Positions 36,161 to 49,400 of a DNA stretch of 64,000 nucleotides are shown piece by piece (within the stretch, counting starts at the first letter, position 1; each line of letters starts with the position of its first letter). The DNA is taken from contig SMSO01000007.1 in NCBI GenBank assembly GCA_004764695.1, positions 310,001 through 374,000 of the forward strand. Direction: 5' to 3'. This stretch comes from Schizochytrium sp. TIO01 (Eukaryota > Protista > Bigyra: Labyrinthulomycetes). The position numbers and the translations under genes were made by a program. The notes under the pieces are model-generated. The model saw nothing but the letters and a program-made list of their open reading frames with translations. It was not told the origin of the DNA and ran no database searches.

Positions 36161-37459
36161 TCACAGCGACTTGAAGTCAATGTCCAACTCTGTCCAGTTT
36201 GTGCGGTCTTGCGCCAAGGGGGGCACGCGAGGGGGCGAAGCCGGGTCGGTTGGAGCAATGCTTGGGTTAGCATGTTCCCAGAACTCACAAGTTGCTTGCG
36301 TGTTGCGCACAGTGTCAAAGAGAGTTTCCGTACGCGCATCTGGAAAGGCCAAGCGAGCAGTATCACGGATAAGCTGCTGCTTGATACGTAGTTGATCCTT
36401 GGTGTAGCAAGTCATGTCTGGGAAACGGTTAATTTCCAAGAGATAAGGGCGAAGATCCGCATCAAGAAGCACGTCAAAACCTAAGATCATGAGGTGGCGT
36501 TCGTACGTGTAATTGATTGTCGGGCGCGAGGGGTCAGTCACACTGGTTTCGATGAAACGAAATGCGGCACGCAAAACGTCCCGAATGAGTTCGTCAATGT
36601 TTTCTTCTGCCTTTTCCAGCTGGTTCGCAGAGTAATCAGACCCCAAACGCTGCCACGCCTCAGTCAGGGTCATCGTCACAGGAAGTTTTTCCTCAGTCGA
36701 CGGTCCGTTTTCAGCTTCCTCAGCAGCTTCAGCAGCCTCCTGCAGAGCAAGCTTTTGCATGGCCTCCTGTAACTCCTCTTCGTCCATCAAAAGACTCGGG
36801 TACAGGGCTTGCTGAGTCTCGTCCATGTCACGCAGGGTCTCCATGAGGGAGTTTGCGTATTTCAAGAGCTCACGGTCACCATCAGCATTGTTCACAGACG
36901 TGTTCGTCAGGTGGGTCCGGCGGTCAACCGCGCTAGATTCATTCTCGTATTTGTTGCTGCAGCGGCGAGCAAAGCCTTCATGATAGCGAAATGCACGAGG
37001 CTCGCGCGAAGCACCTGCAACTGTAACCATCACATAGACACGCATGTCCCATTTATGGCCTTGCATTAGGCATGGGCGTGAAATGTACGGTTGGCCTACG
37101 CATCCACTCTGGCTGAGTTTGTAGCGGAGCTGCGGGGTGAGATCTTCGCGACGAGAGACAATGTGAACCCCGCGGCCTCGAGATGTATTATCAATTTTAA
37201 CCACGAACTTTTCCTTGCCACCTGCGGCTTCAACTTTCGCCCAAAACTTGTCCCATTCCTCCTTGGACGCTGCTTCGGTCATTTCTGAGGTCACTGGGTT
37301 CCACACGAAGGTCTCAGGAAGGTGTCTCGCCAGCATTGGGTCACTGCGTCCAAGCATGGCAAGGCCCGTTTTCGTGCCAATCCGCTTCGAAACTGCGCTC
37401 GGTAGACTGTAAATTTCAATGTGACGCAAGGTCTTCGAGTACACTGAAGGCATGTCCAT
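36161..37459 (-). CDS. Tubulin-tyrosine ligase-like (TTL/TTLL, ATP-grasp) protein
   Basis: LPETF, VVK..SRGRGV, QPYISRP..KWDMRVYV, HLTNTSVN, LGFDVLLD..PYLLEINRFP. Confidence 0.92.
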   Translation of the reverse strand: MDMPSVYSKTLRHIEIYSLPSAVSKRIGTKTGLAMLGRSDPMLARHLPETFVWNPVTSEMTEAASKEEWDKFWAKVEAAGGKEKFVVKIDNTSRGRGVHIVSRREDLTPQLRYKLSQSGCVGQPYISRPCLMQGHKWDMRVYVMVTVAGASREPRAFRYHEGFARRCSNKYENESSAVDRRTHLTNTSVNNADGDRELLKYANSLMETLRDMDETQQALYPSLLMDEEELQEAMQKLALQEAAEAAEEAENGPSTEEKLPVTMTLTEAWQRLGSDYSANQLEKAEENIDELIRDVLRAAFRFIETSVTDPSRPTINYTYERHLMILGFDVLLDADLRPYLLEINRFPDMTCYTKDQLRIKQQLIRDTARLAFPDARTETLFDTVRNTQATCEFWEHANPSIAPTDPASPPRVPPLAQDRTNWTELDIDFKSL

Positions 37460-39536
37460 TGTGTCAATTCGTTTGCACTTCGCCTAATGCCGTTCCTCCC
37501 GAGAGTCCTTTCTCAAGCTTTCCTAGCCTTCCTGCTCGTCCCCGCGGTCCTGGATGGATACAAATTGGTTTGTCCGCTGTCCGGTCTCGAGTTTCGACTT
37601 CTCCGCCAAAGGTCTGTTCTGGTTTACGCAATCTCTCAGTTGCACTACAGGTCTGCCGGTCAAGTCTCACGCAGCGAACCCAAAACACTTATGCCACCGC
37701 GGCAAGTTCTGGATTTGCTGCATAGGCTTCCTGCACTACAGCAAGTGCTCCTGCTTCTCAAAGAAGCCGCTCGCTTGCTACGTGTTCACATGCAAACGTT
37801 ATTAAGTAGTACCGCGTGCCCCCTCCGGCTTGTTATACCAAGCCAGTGCACTGCAGGAAATTCCCATAATTGCGTGGTCAGAGTTATGACGCGCAAACCT
37901 AACCTAACCTAACCCAGACCTGTCGAGCTAGCGGAAACCCTAGCAAGGGCTATGTTGGCGCTTTTCATAAAACTGTAAATTTGCAAATGAAGAAAAATGA
38001 GAAAGAGAAAATTGAAAGAGTGAATGAATGAACAGATGATTCAAAGTGCCGGGGATCGGGATCAGTCGATTGTGGCCGAGACATATTCACATGTTTATAA
38101 AATGTAGATAGGATTTTGTGGACAAGTCCGGCGTCGAGAGCTGGGGTTCGTGTCGTCGAGAAGCGTTGAAGAAGTGGTCGGCTTGCTGCTTGATGGGTAG
38201 ATTCGATAAAATGTACTGTGTTTGGGAGAACGCCGTAGCATGATGGCCCAATTCTTTGTTTTACTGCAGTGCATGGTGATTCTTGAAGTGCCGTTGGAGG
38301 GGTCATCATTCTGGTGTGACTCTGAATTGCTTGCGCCGTTGAGATAAACGAGCCGCAAAGGACAGTGAGTAGGAGGTGTCTGTCTAGAGAGGCATATGTC
38401 ATGCAATACTTGTATCCAGTGGAGTGCTCTGAGACTCCTGAGGTACATGTTTGTTTACATGGTCCATGACGCAATTCAGACGCAATTCAGACGAGTAGTT
38501 TTATAACCCAAGGGGCAATAATATCTGATGAAATTGATTCTTTTCAATAGGTGTAGGGAACGTTTTAGAGTTTGATGCTGCTTGGGCTTTCATTTGTTCC
38601 CCTTTTGATTATAATTAGAATATTTGGAATAGTATGAACCTATAAAACTGAAGCCTTTGATAGGAAGAATATAGATTTTAGGAATGTTTTGCCAAAGCTC
38701 ACACACAATATCAGGGGGGGGAAAGAATGCCCTCTCAATTTCTATTTTAGCAATCTTTCTGGCGATATTCATCAAGGTGAGAAAATAGATATTGCGAGAT
38801 GCTGCCCTTTTATGGAAACAGAATCATGTGTATTGTGTATTAATTAATGTACACATTAAATGCTTCGAAATCATTCAACCTTTAACTCTTTAAACCTTTG
38901 AACTGGCACAATAAGCAGCTAGTAATGTCTCTTTTTATTGCTTCCAAGAGATCTTGTGGCTTTCTGTAGGGCAAATGGAGGCACAAGCAAGAAAGGCAAG
39001 AACCCGCTTCCCAATATGATCAATTGAATGGAGCAAAACATCGCCACCACCTAATACTAGTCTTTTATTAAAAAATGTAGCAAGTAGCTCACTGTTGGAA
39101 AACTTTGTACTGCCTGATGTGATTGGAAATTCTTGTTATTCGTGGGAGAGAATACTTATTAAAAAATGAGAAACCAATAAAGTAAGAACACAATCATGAC
39201 AAAGAGGTTGCAGATTTTGAAAATTCTCCAAACAACAATTGATAACGCAATCCTCAGATGGTTGGTTCCTGAGCAATCAATACCTTGAAAACTCCTCATC
39301 ATTCACCCTGTAAACGTCTTTGCATTATTTGGAGTCTTCTGTCATTTCTGAGGAGACTTTGAAGGCAAGCATGCTTGCACAGTTTAGGAAAGCTAAAGTT
39401 GTGTTATTGAGTAAGAAACAAAATATCTTTGTATAAAGTGAAGTGAGTATTCAAGGTGTTGCTTTAAAGGGTTTGAGGGCCTGTGTTGTTTGTTTGTTTG
39501 TTTGTTTGTTGTTTGTCTGTCTATCTGCTAAGTAGG

Positions 39537-40925
39537 TTACTGCTTGCGCTTCTTTTGCGGTGGTTTAGTTTGCTTGCTCGAAGCGGGAGCAGCAGCCTTT
39601 TTTGAAGACTTCGCACGGCGAGGGGCCTTGACAACTTCCTCCTCCTCTTCCTCCTCTTCTTCTTCCTCTTCTTCGTCTTCATTTTCATCATCATCGAACA
39701 AGTCCAACTCGCCAACCACATCGTTTTCATCAGGGATGGGTCCAAGAGGACGTTTCTTGGGCACGCCGTACTCGTCAAGCTCGACCTTTGGCTCGTTACG
39801 GACAGCCGGTGCGCTTGTACTGAACAAGATACTCGTGAGTTGCTGGCGGGCATAGAGACGCACAATAGTTGCTCGTGTATCAACATTGCCTACAAGAAGG
39901 TGCCGATCAAGGCCACCGGCTACAATGAGTGGTAAACTAGAGTGCTTCTTGACTGAGCGGATAGACCCGTTGAGACCCTTGAATGCGCGCACAACGCGCT
40001 GTTGCCTCAAGTCAACACAGCGAATTCCACCAACAGCATCTCCCACTGCAACAGTGTAATCGTTAAGGGCTTCAATGCAGTTCAGGTGTCTAGACTCCGC
40101 TGAAATGTTCTTCTGGTACAACTCTGTGGCGGTCTTCATGTCAACATCCGCCACAGGGCGACGTTGGGCCCGGGTGTCATACAGGCGCACTTGGCCATAG
40201 CCTGTGCATGTTGCAATGCGTTCTGGAAGTCCTCCTCCTATAGCCTGCTTTTGACCTTTATCAGGGTTTTCCACACCACCCAAGAAGCACATATCTGTGA
40301 CCCACACCGGTACACGAAGCTCAATTTTATCCAGAGGCACATTCTTTGCCTGGAAGCACCGAGTCCACTTTTCCATATCCCACATTGAAAGAAGATTCTC
40401 CTTGCCACCCGTAGCTAACAAACCACTTGTAGAGCTCACGCGAGACTTCGAGAGCGGTCCGTTCACAGTGTGCTTCGCAAGAAGCTCAGTGCCAAAGACT
40501 TTGCTATCATCATTATGAGAAGGGTCGAAAGAAACCACTTGGACGTTTCCTTTCGCAGACGAAACTACGATACGGTCTCCAAGAATATCAAGTCCTGTCC
40601 AAGCATTGTCCACATCGATTTCGACAGCCTTACATGCCAAGGGTTCCGGCACCTCGAGCACAACGTGCTGCTTTTCGGCATTTTGCTCAATATGGTCAAC
40701 AGCAGGAATTCGCAGGAGACGAAGACCTGAGCTTCTTGAAAGCGAAACTACGCCGAGGTTTTCGTCATCGGGGCTTGCCCAAGCAAGGGCCTCGACACGG
40801 TCTTCGCGACTGGTTTGGCCGCACTTGGCAAGGGTCTTGCCGCTTGTAGGCTCCCAGAGCTTGACAAGACCAAGAGCATCTCCGGTCACTACGCGGAGAG
40901 AGTCGCCGACACTTGACTTCGACAT
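39537..40925 (-). CDS. WDR74: WD40 ribosome biogenesis protein WDR74/Nsa1
   Basis: ATGGKEN, FQAKNV..D...LRVPVW, VRLYDTRAQRRPV, GGLDR; acidic/basic tail; first ATG 40925. Confidence 0.9.
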   Translation of the reverse strand: MSKSSVGDSLRVVTGDALGLVKLWEPTSGKTLAKCGQTSREDRVEALAWASPDDENLGVVSLSRSSGLRLLRIPAVDHIEQNAEKQHVVLEVPEPLACKAVEIDVDNAWTGLDILGDRIVVSSAKGNVQVVSFDPSHNDDSKVFGTELLAKHTVNGPLSKSRVSSTSGLLATGGKENLLSMWDMEKWTRCFQAKNVPLDKIELRVPVWVTDMCFLGGVENPDKGQKQAIGGGLPERIATCTGYGQVRLYDTRAQRRPVADVDMKTATELYQKNISAESRHLNCIEALNDYTVAVGDAVGGIRCVDLRQQRVVRAFKGLNGSIRSVKKHSSLPLIVAGGLDRHLLVGNVDTRATIVRLYARQQLTSILFSTSAPAVRNEPKVELDEYGVPKKRPLGPIPDENDVVGELDLFDDDENEDEEEEEEEEEEEEEVVKAPRRAKSSKKAAAPASSKQTKPPQKKRKQ

Positions 40926-42455
40926 TGCGCTAGCGAAAAAGCCTAACGTGGAAACCTCACGCAAAAGCCTGCCTAAAAATCGCAGCCCGTTCGCACGGCC
41001 TCGCGAGTTTTGTTGCTGCTGCCTTGAGCGCTGCGACGCTTTCGTCCACCAATCAATAAGCGCTCTATATCAACCAATGGTCGGCGATGACTTGGTGCGA
41101 GCTACTTAGAATTATCCTTAGTACCCCATAGGATTCAATGTATAAATTGAAATGCAAGTGAGATGCAATCAATAACAAGGGTTATAGCAGCCTGAATATA
41201 CCTATAGAGAAAATAGAAAATAATTCTGCTAGTTCATCTTTCCAATATTTTCGGTAATTTATCATCTCGAGAGTGATAGCTAAGTGATGGTAAAACGTAT
41301 CGAAAGTTTTGGGAGATTAACTCTTAAGATTTGACTTTGTAAAAGGTCAAGAGAGAAAGTTAGAGGCACAGTAAGACTCTATAAGCATCAATTAACGTAT
41401 GAGAGAGATGCCCAAGTCATTTGGCTTGGCCAATGTTGTTACCCGAAGCAGTTACATTCAGAAAAGTGGAGCACACAGAGAAATGTAAAGTATGTCCTTC
41501 ACAACCTTGGCGCTAACCAAGAATGCTTATAGTCTCTCTGGTCTCGAGACTTGATAGCTTTTGATTGTTCATATGAGTTTGGGTATTAGTGTTTGCCCAA
41601 AGACTGAATACTTAGAGTTCCTGTATTATCGTACCTACTTTTATAGAGATGGAGACATCTTGCAAGTTCTATCTGGTAGATGTAGCAGTGTAAAGTTTAT
41701 TTATTCGTGAACATTTAGTCGAGACAATCTCGAATGCTCTTAAATCTTGAAGTAGGTAATGCAGCGCGATGAGAGAAGAGAGCGGCTAACACCCCTGGAG
41801 AATAGTTAAACTTGACAAGTGGAGTTGTCTCTTTCGAAAAAATAAAAGCCACAGACAAAAAAAAATGGCAAACTTGAGTTTTCTAATCCCTTTTCATATA
41901 ATTGGAAAGCTCCAGATGAAACAGAGCGGTGGCTAGGAAAAGGCAATGCTCCTTAAACTCTAAGTTTCGCACAAACCAGATCATTACATATTTTCAAAGC
42001 TTGTAGATGAAGGTTTTTTAAAAAACAGAACCGACTTCGAAGATATATGCCAAGCGTCTCAGTTAAACGCATCTCTAGAAATACAATCAGCAAGTTTGGG
42101 GACGGTCCCGAGCCACCTAATTGTCTCTGTAGAATATATTGGAGTGGAGATTTGACCCCTCATGGGCTGGCCTGCGCAACCAAATTTAATTTCAGGACAA
42201 AGTATTCAAATGCATCCTAGAGAAGCTCAGACGAACAGAAAAGGAAAATCGCGCAATACACGACACTTTATTTACTCTATCAAGATATGCATAGCAGAGT
42301 TCAGAAGCACATCTACTCAGCACTGACCTCCTTTTGCGAAGATGCTAAGCCCGAGCAGTCTTCAACTAGGTGCTATGCGTCCTGAGACAGCGTCTCTTTT
42401 GAAAGAGCTTGGAGTGAGTGGGAAAACGAATCTTTGTCGAATGAGCCCGCTACTG

Positions 42456-42579
42456 AAAACTTCACCAACGAGTTCAACATAACTATACGTCCAGAATACT
42501 CTGAGTTCCTAAAATATAAAACTTCACCAACGAGTTCAACATACCCATACGTCCAGAATGCTCTGAGATCCTAAATTAT
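42456..42579. repeat. Two-copy 62-bp tandem repeat
   Basis: aaaacttcaccaacgagttcaacata...cgtccagaat.ctctgag.tcctaaa, twice. Confidence 0.9.
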
Positions 42580-45319
42580 GCACCCATCTCCATTGCAATA
42601 GATACGTGCCAGCTTTTGCTTTTCCAAAGAGAACACTTGTCCAGAGCCTTCAAGCAAAAGCTTTACCATGCATGCGTATATTTCTTAAGCATTCACATAC
42701 CTTTACTGCCACCCAGGTCAGAGGTACCAACTTTCGGCGTGTCGATCTCGCTGGCTCAACCTTCTAGCTAGGGATCTCTTAGCTAACCTTGGCATCTTCA
42801 GATGACACCCCTTCCCGTAACGAGCGCAGCTGCAGATCCCTGCGCAACCCATTTTCGTTTCCTCATAGTCTTTACATGGGCACGGCACTCTTACCGCTGG
42901 GCTTAGACCGCCTACCATAATATGAGAACTGGTGGCAACGGCGCGACAGCTCGTATGGTCAGCTTGGAGCTTTTGTGACGAGCTGCAGGGACTTGGAACG
43001 AGACGGACTTCCAAGTCTGCACTGCCGAGGATCTCGAGTTTCACGAGCGAGCGCTTGGCTTCCTGCTGCTGTTGGCGTACCGGTCGATCATTGCTCGCTG
43101 CCTCGACTCCTCAGCCTCTTCCGCAACAACTTGCAGCCGCTGCCGCCTGCCTGGTCTTGCAAGCAAGCAAGCAAGCAAGCAAGCAACTCCAATGCATTTC
43201 CACATCTCGCGATCTCGCGATCTCGCGATAAGCAGCCGCGTTCAATATGGCGGCAGACCTGAGCTTGGAGCAGCAGCCTAAGGATCCGTTCTTTCTTCCT
43301 TCTGCGAATAACGCCGATCTTGTCGTCTCGTGCATACTCGTACAGCGAGGTCTCTCAAAGCTGCCTCGAAGACCTTGGCATCTGCAGATTCCTGCTCCAT
43401 TTAGCTAGCTATAGCTAGCTAGCTATCAAGCAATGACCTTCAGCGCGCTAGTACAGTGTTCTGCAAAAGCTAATCGGTGTCCCGCCTTTACCGTTCAGGA
43501 TGTCATCTCCAAGGTCGTCACTTCCCACCTCCAAGTAGTAATGTAAAGTGCCAGGCCAGGGTTCCATGCCCCTCAACTTCGAACTTCGCAGCGACGAGGT
43601 CTGCAAACACCAATTAATCCATCGATCAATCCATCGACCACTCCATCGATTAATCAATCCATCGACTGACCAATCAACGCCTCTGCCGGCAACTTTCTTC
43701 TTCTTGATAGCAGCAGGGTCCACGCGAAGTTTCGGACCCCGATTCGCACCAGCAAAGCGCTCCGCCCATCGGCCTTCAGGCGAACCCAGCATCGATCTTA
43801 GGACTGCCTGCAGTCTTTGCCCTTCTTCGCAAACATCGGCGCCTTCAAGTGCAAGCACGCAATCAGCACGCAAGTAATCAAGCAAGCGAGCTCCAAGCCG
43901 TGGCAGAGCTGCACCAGCAGCCTTCGTCCTGCCTTCGTCCTGGGCACCTTCGCCCACACGTCTCACTCCCTCCACCTCTGCGAGTCTGGCCTCCTCGAGG
44001 ACTCTACTCTTCTCTTCTCTTCACGTTCTCTCTCCACGCCCGAGCCGAACTGAGTGCGAGTGTTTGTTCGTATCTCTTGTTCTGCTTCTGCTTCTCCAAG
44101 GATCTCGTTGGCGGCGGCCAGCTAGCTAGCTTTGACTCGAGTCAGTCAATTCGCGTTTCACGGCAGGCAAGCGATCCGCTGTCCTTAGGTGCGACCTTTC
44201 GCGCCGAGTTCTGCTCCGCGGCCTTGCCTCCCTGGCCCTCCTCGCACGAGCCTCTGCGTGCCTTCAGCGCCGCGCAAGCGAGGCCCGGAGCCCCGCGGGT
44301 CCCTCTCGCACGCGTCGCCGCGAGTCCCTCGTTTCGGTCTTTCCGGCGCTGCTGCCGGAAAGAGCGCAGTAAGTAAGCAAGCACGCACGCACATCACAAA
44401 CACATAAACAAACACACACGCAGAGGCAGAGAGAGCGACGGGAGTCCGTCCAAGGATTCTGCGAGGCGCGCCTGGCTAGCTAGCTAGCTAGTTCCCTCGC
44501 GCTCGTGCAAGCGCGTGCTGCCGTCGCCGCATCTTACAACTCGCGAGACCCGCAGCCTTCCGCCCGGAAGCCCGCCCTTCTCAGGCCAGCTCTCGAGATC
44601 GTCTCGCCTCGCCTCGCCTCGCGTCGCCTCGCCCGTCCGAGGCGCCGGGCCTGGCACGGAGGAGCTCGAGGTCGAGGGCGTCGAGAGCTTTTCAGGTTTG
44701 GAGACTCGAACGAACTTTGGTTTGAGAGCGAAAGAAAGAAAGAAAGAAAAGAAAAGAAAAGAAAAGAAAAGAAAAAAGAAGGAAGCTGGCGATTGACCGG
44801 TAGGGCTCGTTTAGGGTATACGGTAGGCCTCTGGATTTGGTTTGGATTTCTTGAACGAAGGAAGAACTCGCCAGGAAGCGGAAGAAGGCCGGTACAGTAG
44901 GGTATAGGTTCTGCGAATAGGTTATAGAGAGGGTAAAGTAGGTTATAGGGCGCGGCGAAGTAGGTTATAGGGGGTATAGTCTACTTGGTGGCGGAAGAGA
45001 CGCGGAAAAAAAGAAAAAAAGAAAAAGAAGGGCGGCGTCGTCTTCCTTGGCGACGCAGTTCATGGCGCTGCAAACCTTCAACTCGGACACGTCGGCGTCG
45101 GCGAGTGCGAGTGCTTCAGAGCGCTGGACATCGGGAAGCGTGTGGAGCGGGTGCCGTCGGCTTGGGTTCGTTGCGTGTGGCGCCGAAGTCGCTCTCGGAA
45201 GCCCCGAGGAGTTGACCGAGCTCAAGGTCAAGGCGACAAGTACGGGCGAAAAGGCCTTTGGAGGCGAAAGGTTCAAGCGCTTCCTGTACGACAGCGTCGA
45301 ATATCCCCAAGAAAACAAA

Positions 45320-46264
45320 ATGTCTTCCGACGATGCTGATCAAATTCGCAATGACGCCCTGCGCTCGCATCATGCTGGAAATGTGATGCTCCTCGCGGTC
45401 GTCTTCGTGCTCTTTGGAGGCTTTGCTCTCGCTGAGATCTTTGCTGCCATTGCCAGTTCCAGTCTATCCCTTCTCGGTGATGCTGCCAGCATGGTCGTAG
45501 ATGCCAGCACCTATGGCCTCAACATGATCGCAGAACGCCGCAAGGGCCTCGGAATTTCTGAGATGACTCGCGTCAAGCTCGAGCTCTTCATCCCTCTCGC
45601 CAGTATGTTGGCGCTCTTTGCTACTAGCGTCTACGTCATGAACGAGGCTATGGACACTATCCGTAACCCTCCTGAACACGGCGAGACCGGCGACACTATT
45701 ATGCTCATCTTTGCCAGTGTTAACCTTGCCATTGACGTGGTCTCCGTCTTCTGCTTCGCTCGCGTGAACCGTCTCCTTGGCTACGCTGTTAAGGATGCTG
45801 TCGAAGGCATCACCGAGGATGAGTATGACGCGGAGTTTGGCCATGGCAACCAGAATTCTGCTCGTGTTGGTCATGGTGACGTTGACGACGGTGATGCTGG
45901 CCTTATCACCAATGGCGTTCCCGCTTCGGAGACGACCGCGACGCAAACCAACACCTTTGAGCAGCACTTGCTTCACACCCGGGACATTGAGGCTGATCTC
46001 CACAGCAAGTCCAACACGAACATGTGCAGTGCTTACACTCATGTCATTGCAGATACGCTCCGAAGCATTGCTGTCATGGCCGCAGCTATTCTCTCTCTTG
46101 CTGACGATGACGTGAACTCGAACATTGCTGATGCATGGGCTGCGATTGCTGTTTCAGTTATTATCTTTGGATCGCTTTACCCGCTCAGTAAGGGTTTGAT
46201 GCAGAAGTACCGCCAGCTTAGGTACCTCAGGCAGAAGCAGCAGATAGAGCAACAGCAACAGTAA
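45320..46264 (+). CDS. Cation diffusion facilitator (SLC30/ZnT-like) paralog 1
   Basis: SLSLLGDAASMVVD, NMCSAYTHVIADTLRS, AD..AA; 6 TM helices; likely start aaaaATG at 45320. Confidence 0.9.
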   Translation: MSSDDADQIRNDALRSHHAGNVMLLAVVFVLFGGFALAEIFAAIASSSLSLLGDAASMVVDASTYGLNMIAERRKGLGISEMTRVKLELFIPLASMLALFATSVYVMNEAMDTIRNPPEHGETGDTIMLIFASVNLAIDVVSVFCFARVNRLLGYAVKDAVEGITEDEYDAEFGHGNQNSARVGHGDVDDGDAGLITNGVPASETTATQTNTFEQHLLHTRDIEADLHSKSNTNMCSAYTHVIADTLRSIAVMAAAILSLADDDVNSNIADAWAAIAVSVIIFGSLYPLSKGLMQKYRQLRYLRQKQQIEQQQQ

Positions 46265-46421
46265 ATTATATCTTTTGTGAACTACGATGAAGTATTAAAA
46301 ATGGCAGCTGACGACTTTCCCGACTTCGTTTTCATCCCCCTGCTTTCAACCATTTCTTCCATACCTGCTTTCACAAAGACCATGATAGTAGAATATTATT
46401 AGTAGTGCAGTAGTACTTCTC

Positions 46422-46480
46422 TTCTTCTTCTTCTTCTTCTTCTTCTTCTTCTTCTTCTTCTTCTTCTTCTTCTTCTTCTT
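46422..46480. repeat. (CTT)n microsatellite
   Basis: Direct reading. Confidence 0.95.
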
Positions 46481-49400
46481 GGCTAGCTAAGACTTCAGTT
46501 TATGGAAATAGATGCCAATGCGCGAAGGTTGAGGCCTCTGATAAAATCATAGTTTTTCTAAAAATGAAGTATCATGAACACTTTAAAGCATCTGAACCTT
46601 GGTCGAAAGCAAGAACTGTTATTGTACATTAGAGGTGGACTTGCTTGAACGGGAGTAAACGAAGCGGTCGGAATTATTACTGTTTAATACTCATTTTTCT
46701 CCCGAGTGCTTTAAAAGAAACCTCGCATGGCAAAAATTAGGGGTAAAACCAGGTTTCATATTGAAATTGAGGAAGGGGGCATCTCTGAGATCATATCTGT
46801 ACTTGGCAGGTCCCTATAAAACGATACCTTAGCCTGTAGGTAGCCTAACAGAATAATATTAGTCTTTTTTAAAAACACTGCACAAGGTGGCAGAAAATAA
46901 TTTTACAGGTCATGAGTTGAGCGCCATCCTTATAAAGCTATTTTCGTTCACAATTAATTAGTAAGTGTTCTCCATGCTACAAGTTGGACCAGGCAGTGTT
47001 GTTATTCAGGAGTAGGTAGGTACCTACCTACTCCTCAGGAGACATGAAGTCACAGTTCTCCAAATTCTTGCAATTCAGTCCAACAAGGCAGACCTAAACA
47101 GAACAGAACATGCTACCCTCATGTACCTAGGTAGCACCAAGATAGGTAGGTAGCATTGGTAGTATACTTTCTTCCTGAGACGATGATGCAGGGTATAAAT
47201 GATTCTTCTGACCCGAGGTATTACCCGAGCCGAACGATTGGCAATCGCGGTCTGCGAGTCTGACTCCTGAGAGTGGCGGTGATGCTTCACGAGACACGAA
47301 ATCGTCAGTAGGTACCACCTTGGTAGCTACATCAACTCATCAACATCTCACCCCAGATGGCCAAGGTAACGCTATCGAGTAACCTACCAGCTCGAACTCA
47401 CTTTCCTAGGCGAGCGATCATTGCTCTGAAGTCCGTTTATATCGCAAGCTCTACTGCAACTGGCCAGAGCCACCAATTCTGCGGCTGGCTGGCTGGCTGG
47501 CTGGCTAGCTCGCTGGCTGGCTGGCTGGCTGCTGGTGGTTTTCACAGCATCATACACGCTCAGGCCGTCATCCTCAGCGCGCGACAACCCGATTTCGTAA
47601 GCTATTGGTTGTGCAAGTTGCCCAAGTTCCTCAATCTTGAGCTCAAGCATAACCCTTGGTGAGCCCGAACATCTGCACTGCAACCTGCACAACTCCAAGG
47701 GGCGGAAGACGGCGACGCCCTGGTGGGTTCTGTTACTTATGCGTCCTCATCATCGCCGCTGCAATTGTCCTTCTCCGCGTCGATGCTGAGCTTGACGCGG
47801 GTTTCCCTCGTTCACCAGCTTAAGGTATAGAAAAAATCAACCTCTGTGGAAAACGCCAATGTCCTCGCGGCCTGAAAACCAGGAGTCTGAGGCTACCCGA
47901 AGACAAGTTTGTTGCGCTGATCCGCACTCTTTCGTCAAAGCCCATCGTCGAGCTCAGCGCAGCCTTCGTCACCATGACGGTCCTGGTCTTCTCCACCTCA
48001 AAGCGTCGAGGCGCACGAGATTTGGTTCACGATCTGGCCTTCGTTTGTGAGCGAAGATAACTTGAAGGAGTCCACAACCGCAGTTGATCATAATCTAGTT
48101 GGCAAGCAGGCACGTGCCGAACATTTCTGCACGTGTCCATCATGATGGTCTCTGCCTTCGACTTCTTCGAGCTCCTGTGGAATCGCATCGCATAAATCTC
48201 GCCCAAGATCCTCGCATGCGTGGACCACACAAGCTGGCATCTCTAGAGCCTTGAAGCCAGGGCCTCACAGAGCTGCAGCGCAATGAGCCACGCCTTTGCT
48301 TGCTTGGCGTCAACGACGTCCACGTTCTCGTCCTTGAGCTCGAGTTCCTCCAAGTTCTCAGTTCCCGGATCCTCAGAAGATCATAAGTAGATCGATAAAT
48401 AGATAGGTCCTGCGAGCAATTCTTGGAACGCCCCACTGCTACCGTTTTGTCTATTTATCCCTACATCCTGCCGCCACCCTATCTATTTTGATGTCTCAGA
48501 AGGATTCAACCTCACGCTCCCGTTCAACTTGCAGGCCCAAGACGGACCGTTGCGAGGGCGAAGTTCTCAGCGTGTTGCCGGGCCCGAGGCTGGCCAAGAC
48601 CTCTTGGTTTGCGAGCTTGTCGTCCCGTCTTCGAGGCGAGCCCATGTTTTTTTGGGCGAGTTTATGACGTCAAGATCTCGCGAAATCCATTATTTTCCTC
48701 TTTTTCTTTTCTTTTTGATTTTGTTCACAATCATGTTTGTTTATTCTCATTCTTTCTTTCTCTATTTCTTTCTTTCAGTTGTGATACAAAATTTTCTTTG
48801 GAAAAAGCATTTCGGACAGACGTGTGTAAACACACAAAGCTCTGCTCGCAAACCCAAACTGCCGAAGCCGAGTTGCTCGAGATGATACAACAGGCAGGCG
48901 TGCAGGAGGCCTCCCGGGGCGCCTCCCGAGAGCGAGCGCGATCCCCACGACGGTTTCAAGCGCAGGGGCGCATGATTGATTGATTCCTTCGATTCCAAGT
49001 CCGATCTGAGTAAGAAATGATTACTCTTTATCATTTGAGGAAATCAATCAATCAATCATTCAATCATAAGTGAGTAAGAAAGAGTAGAAATAAGATGCCT
49101 CGCTGCTCCAAGTGACTGACAGCAATGCGTGTGCTTTGTAGCAACACGTGTTTCACGAACACGCTTTTCACACAAAACGCAGAGGCTGCTCTTGGCTAGC
49201 GCAGGGGACCGATCGAGAAAGATTTGGAGAGCGATGTCGCTCGTGGGTTGTTTCTGCGTTGTCTTACATTCTGAGCCAAAAAGAAGAATTATTTCGATTT
49301 CCTAATTCTTCTTCGTTTCTTTTTATATTGATTAATTATTTAGCGGTACTTATTCCTGTTTCCTCTTCGAAGTTCCTCTCCGACGATTCAATAAACAGCT

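Noticed and set aside
37460-37912. Possible N-terminal extension or TAG read-through of the TTL gene
   Set aside because: Multiple stops upstream in frame, no convincing splice path, and the TTL domain appears to begin within the called ORF.
37895-37942. (AACCT)n and a single AAACCCTA telobox-like motif
   Set aside because: Too short to call a telomeric remnant or regulatory site.
42700-44900. Many short overlapping ORFs in GC-rich, AGCT/GCAA-repeat DNA
   Set aside because: No motifs and interrupted by simple repeats; probably decayed repeats or promoter DNA.
45047-45319. 91-aa N-terminal extension of CDF paralog 1
   Set aside because: Non-ATG start, no similarity to paralogs, and ATG 45320 has an A-rich context. 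The in-frame ATG at 45062 cannot be fully excluded.
47350-48600. Coding-like minus-strand fragments (LEELELKDENV...)
   Set aside because: Too degraded to assign a product or boundaries.
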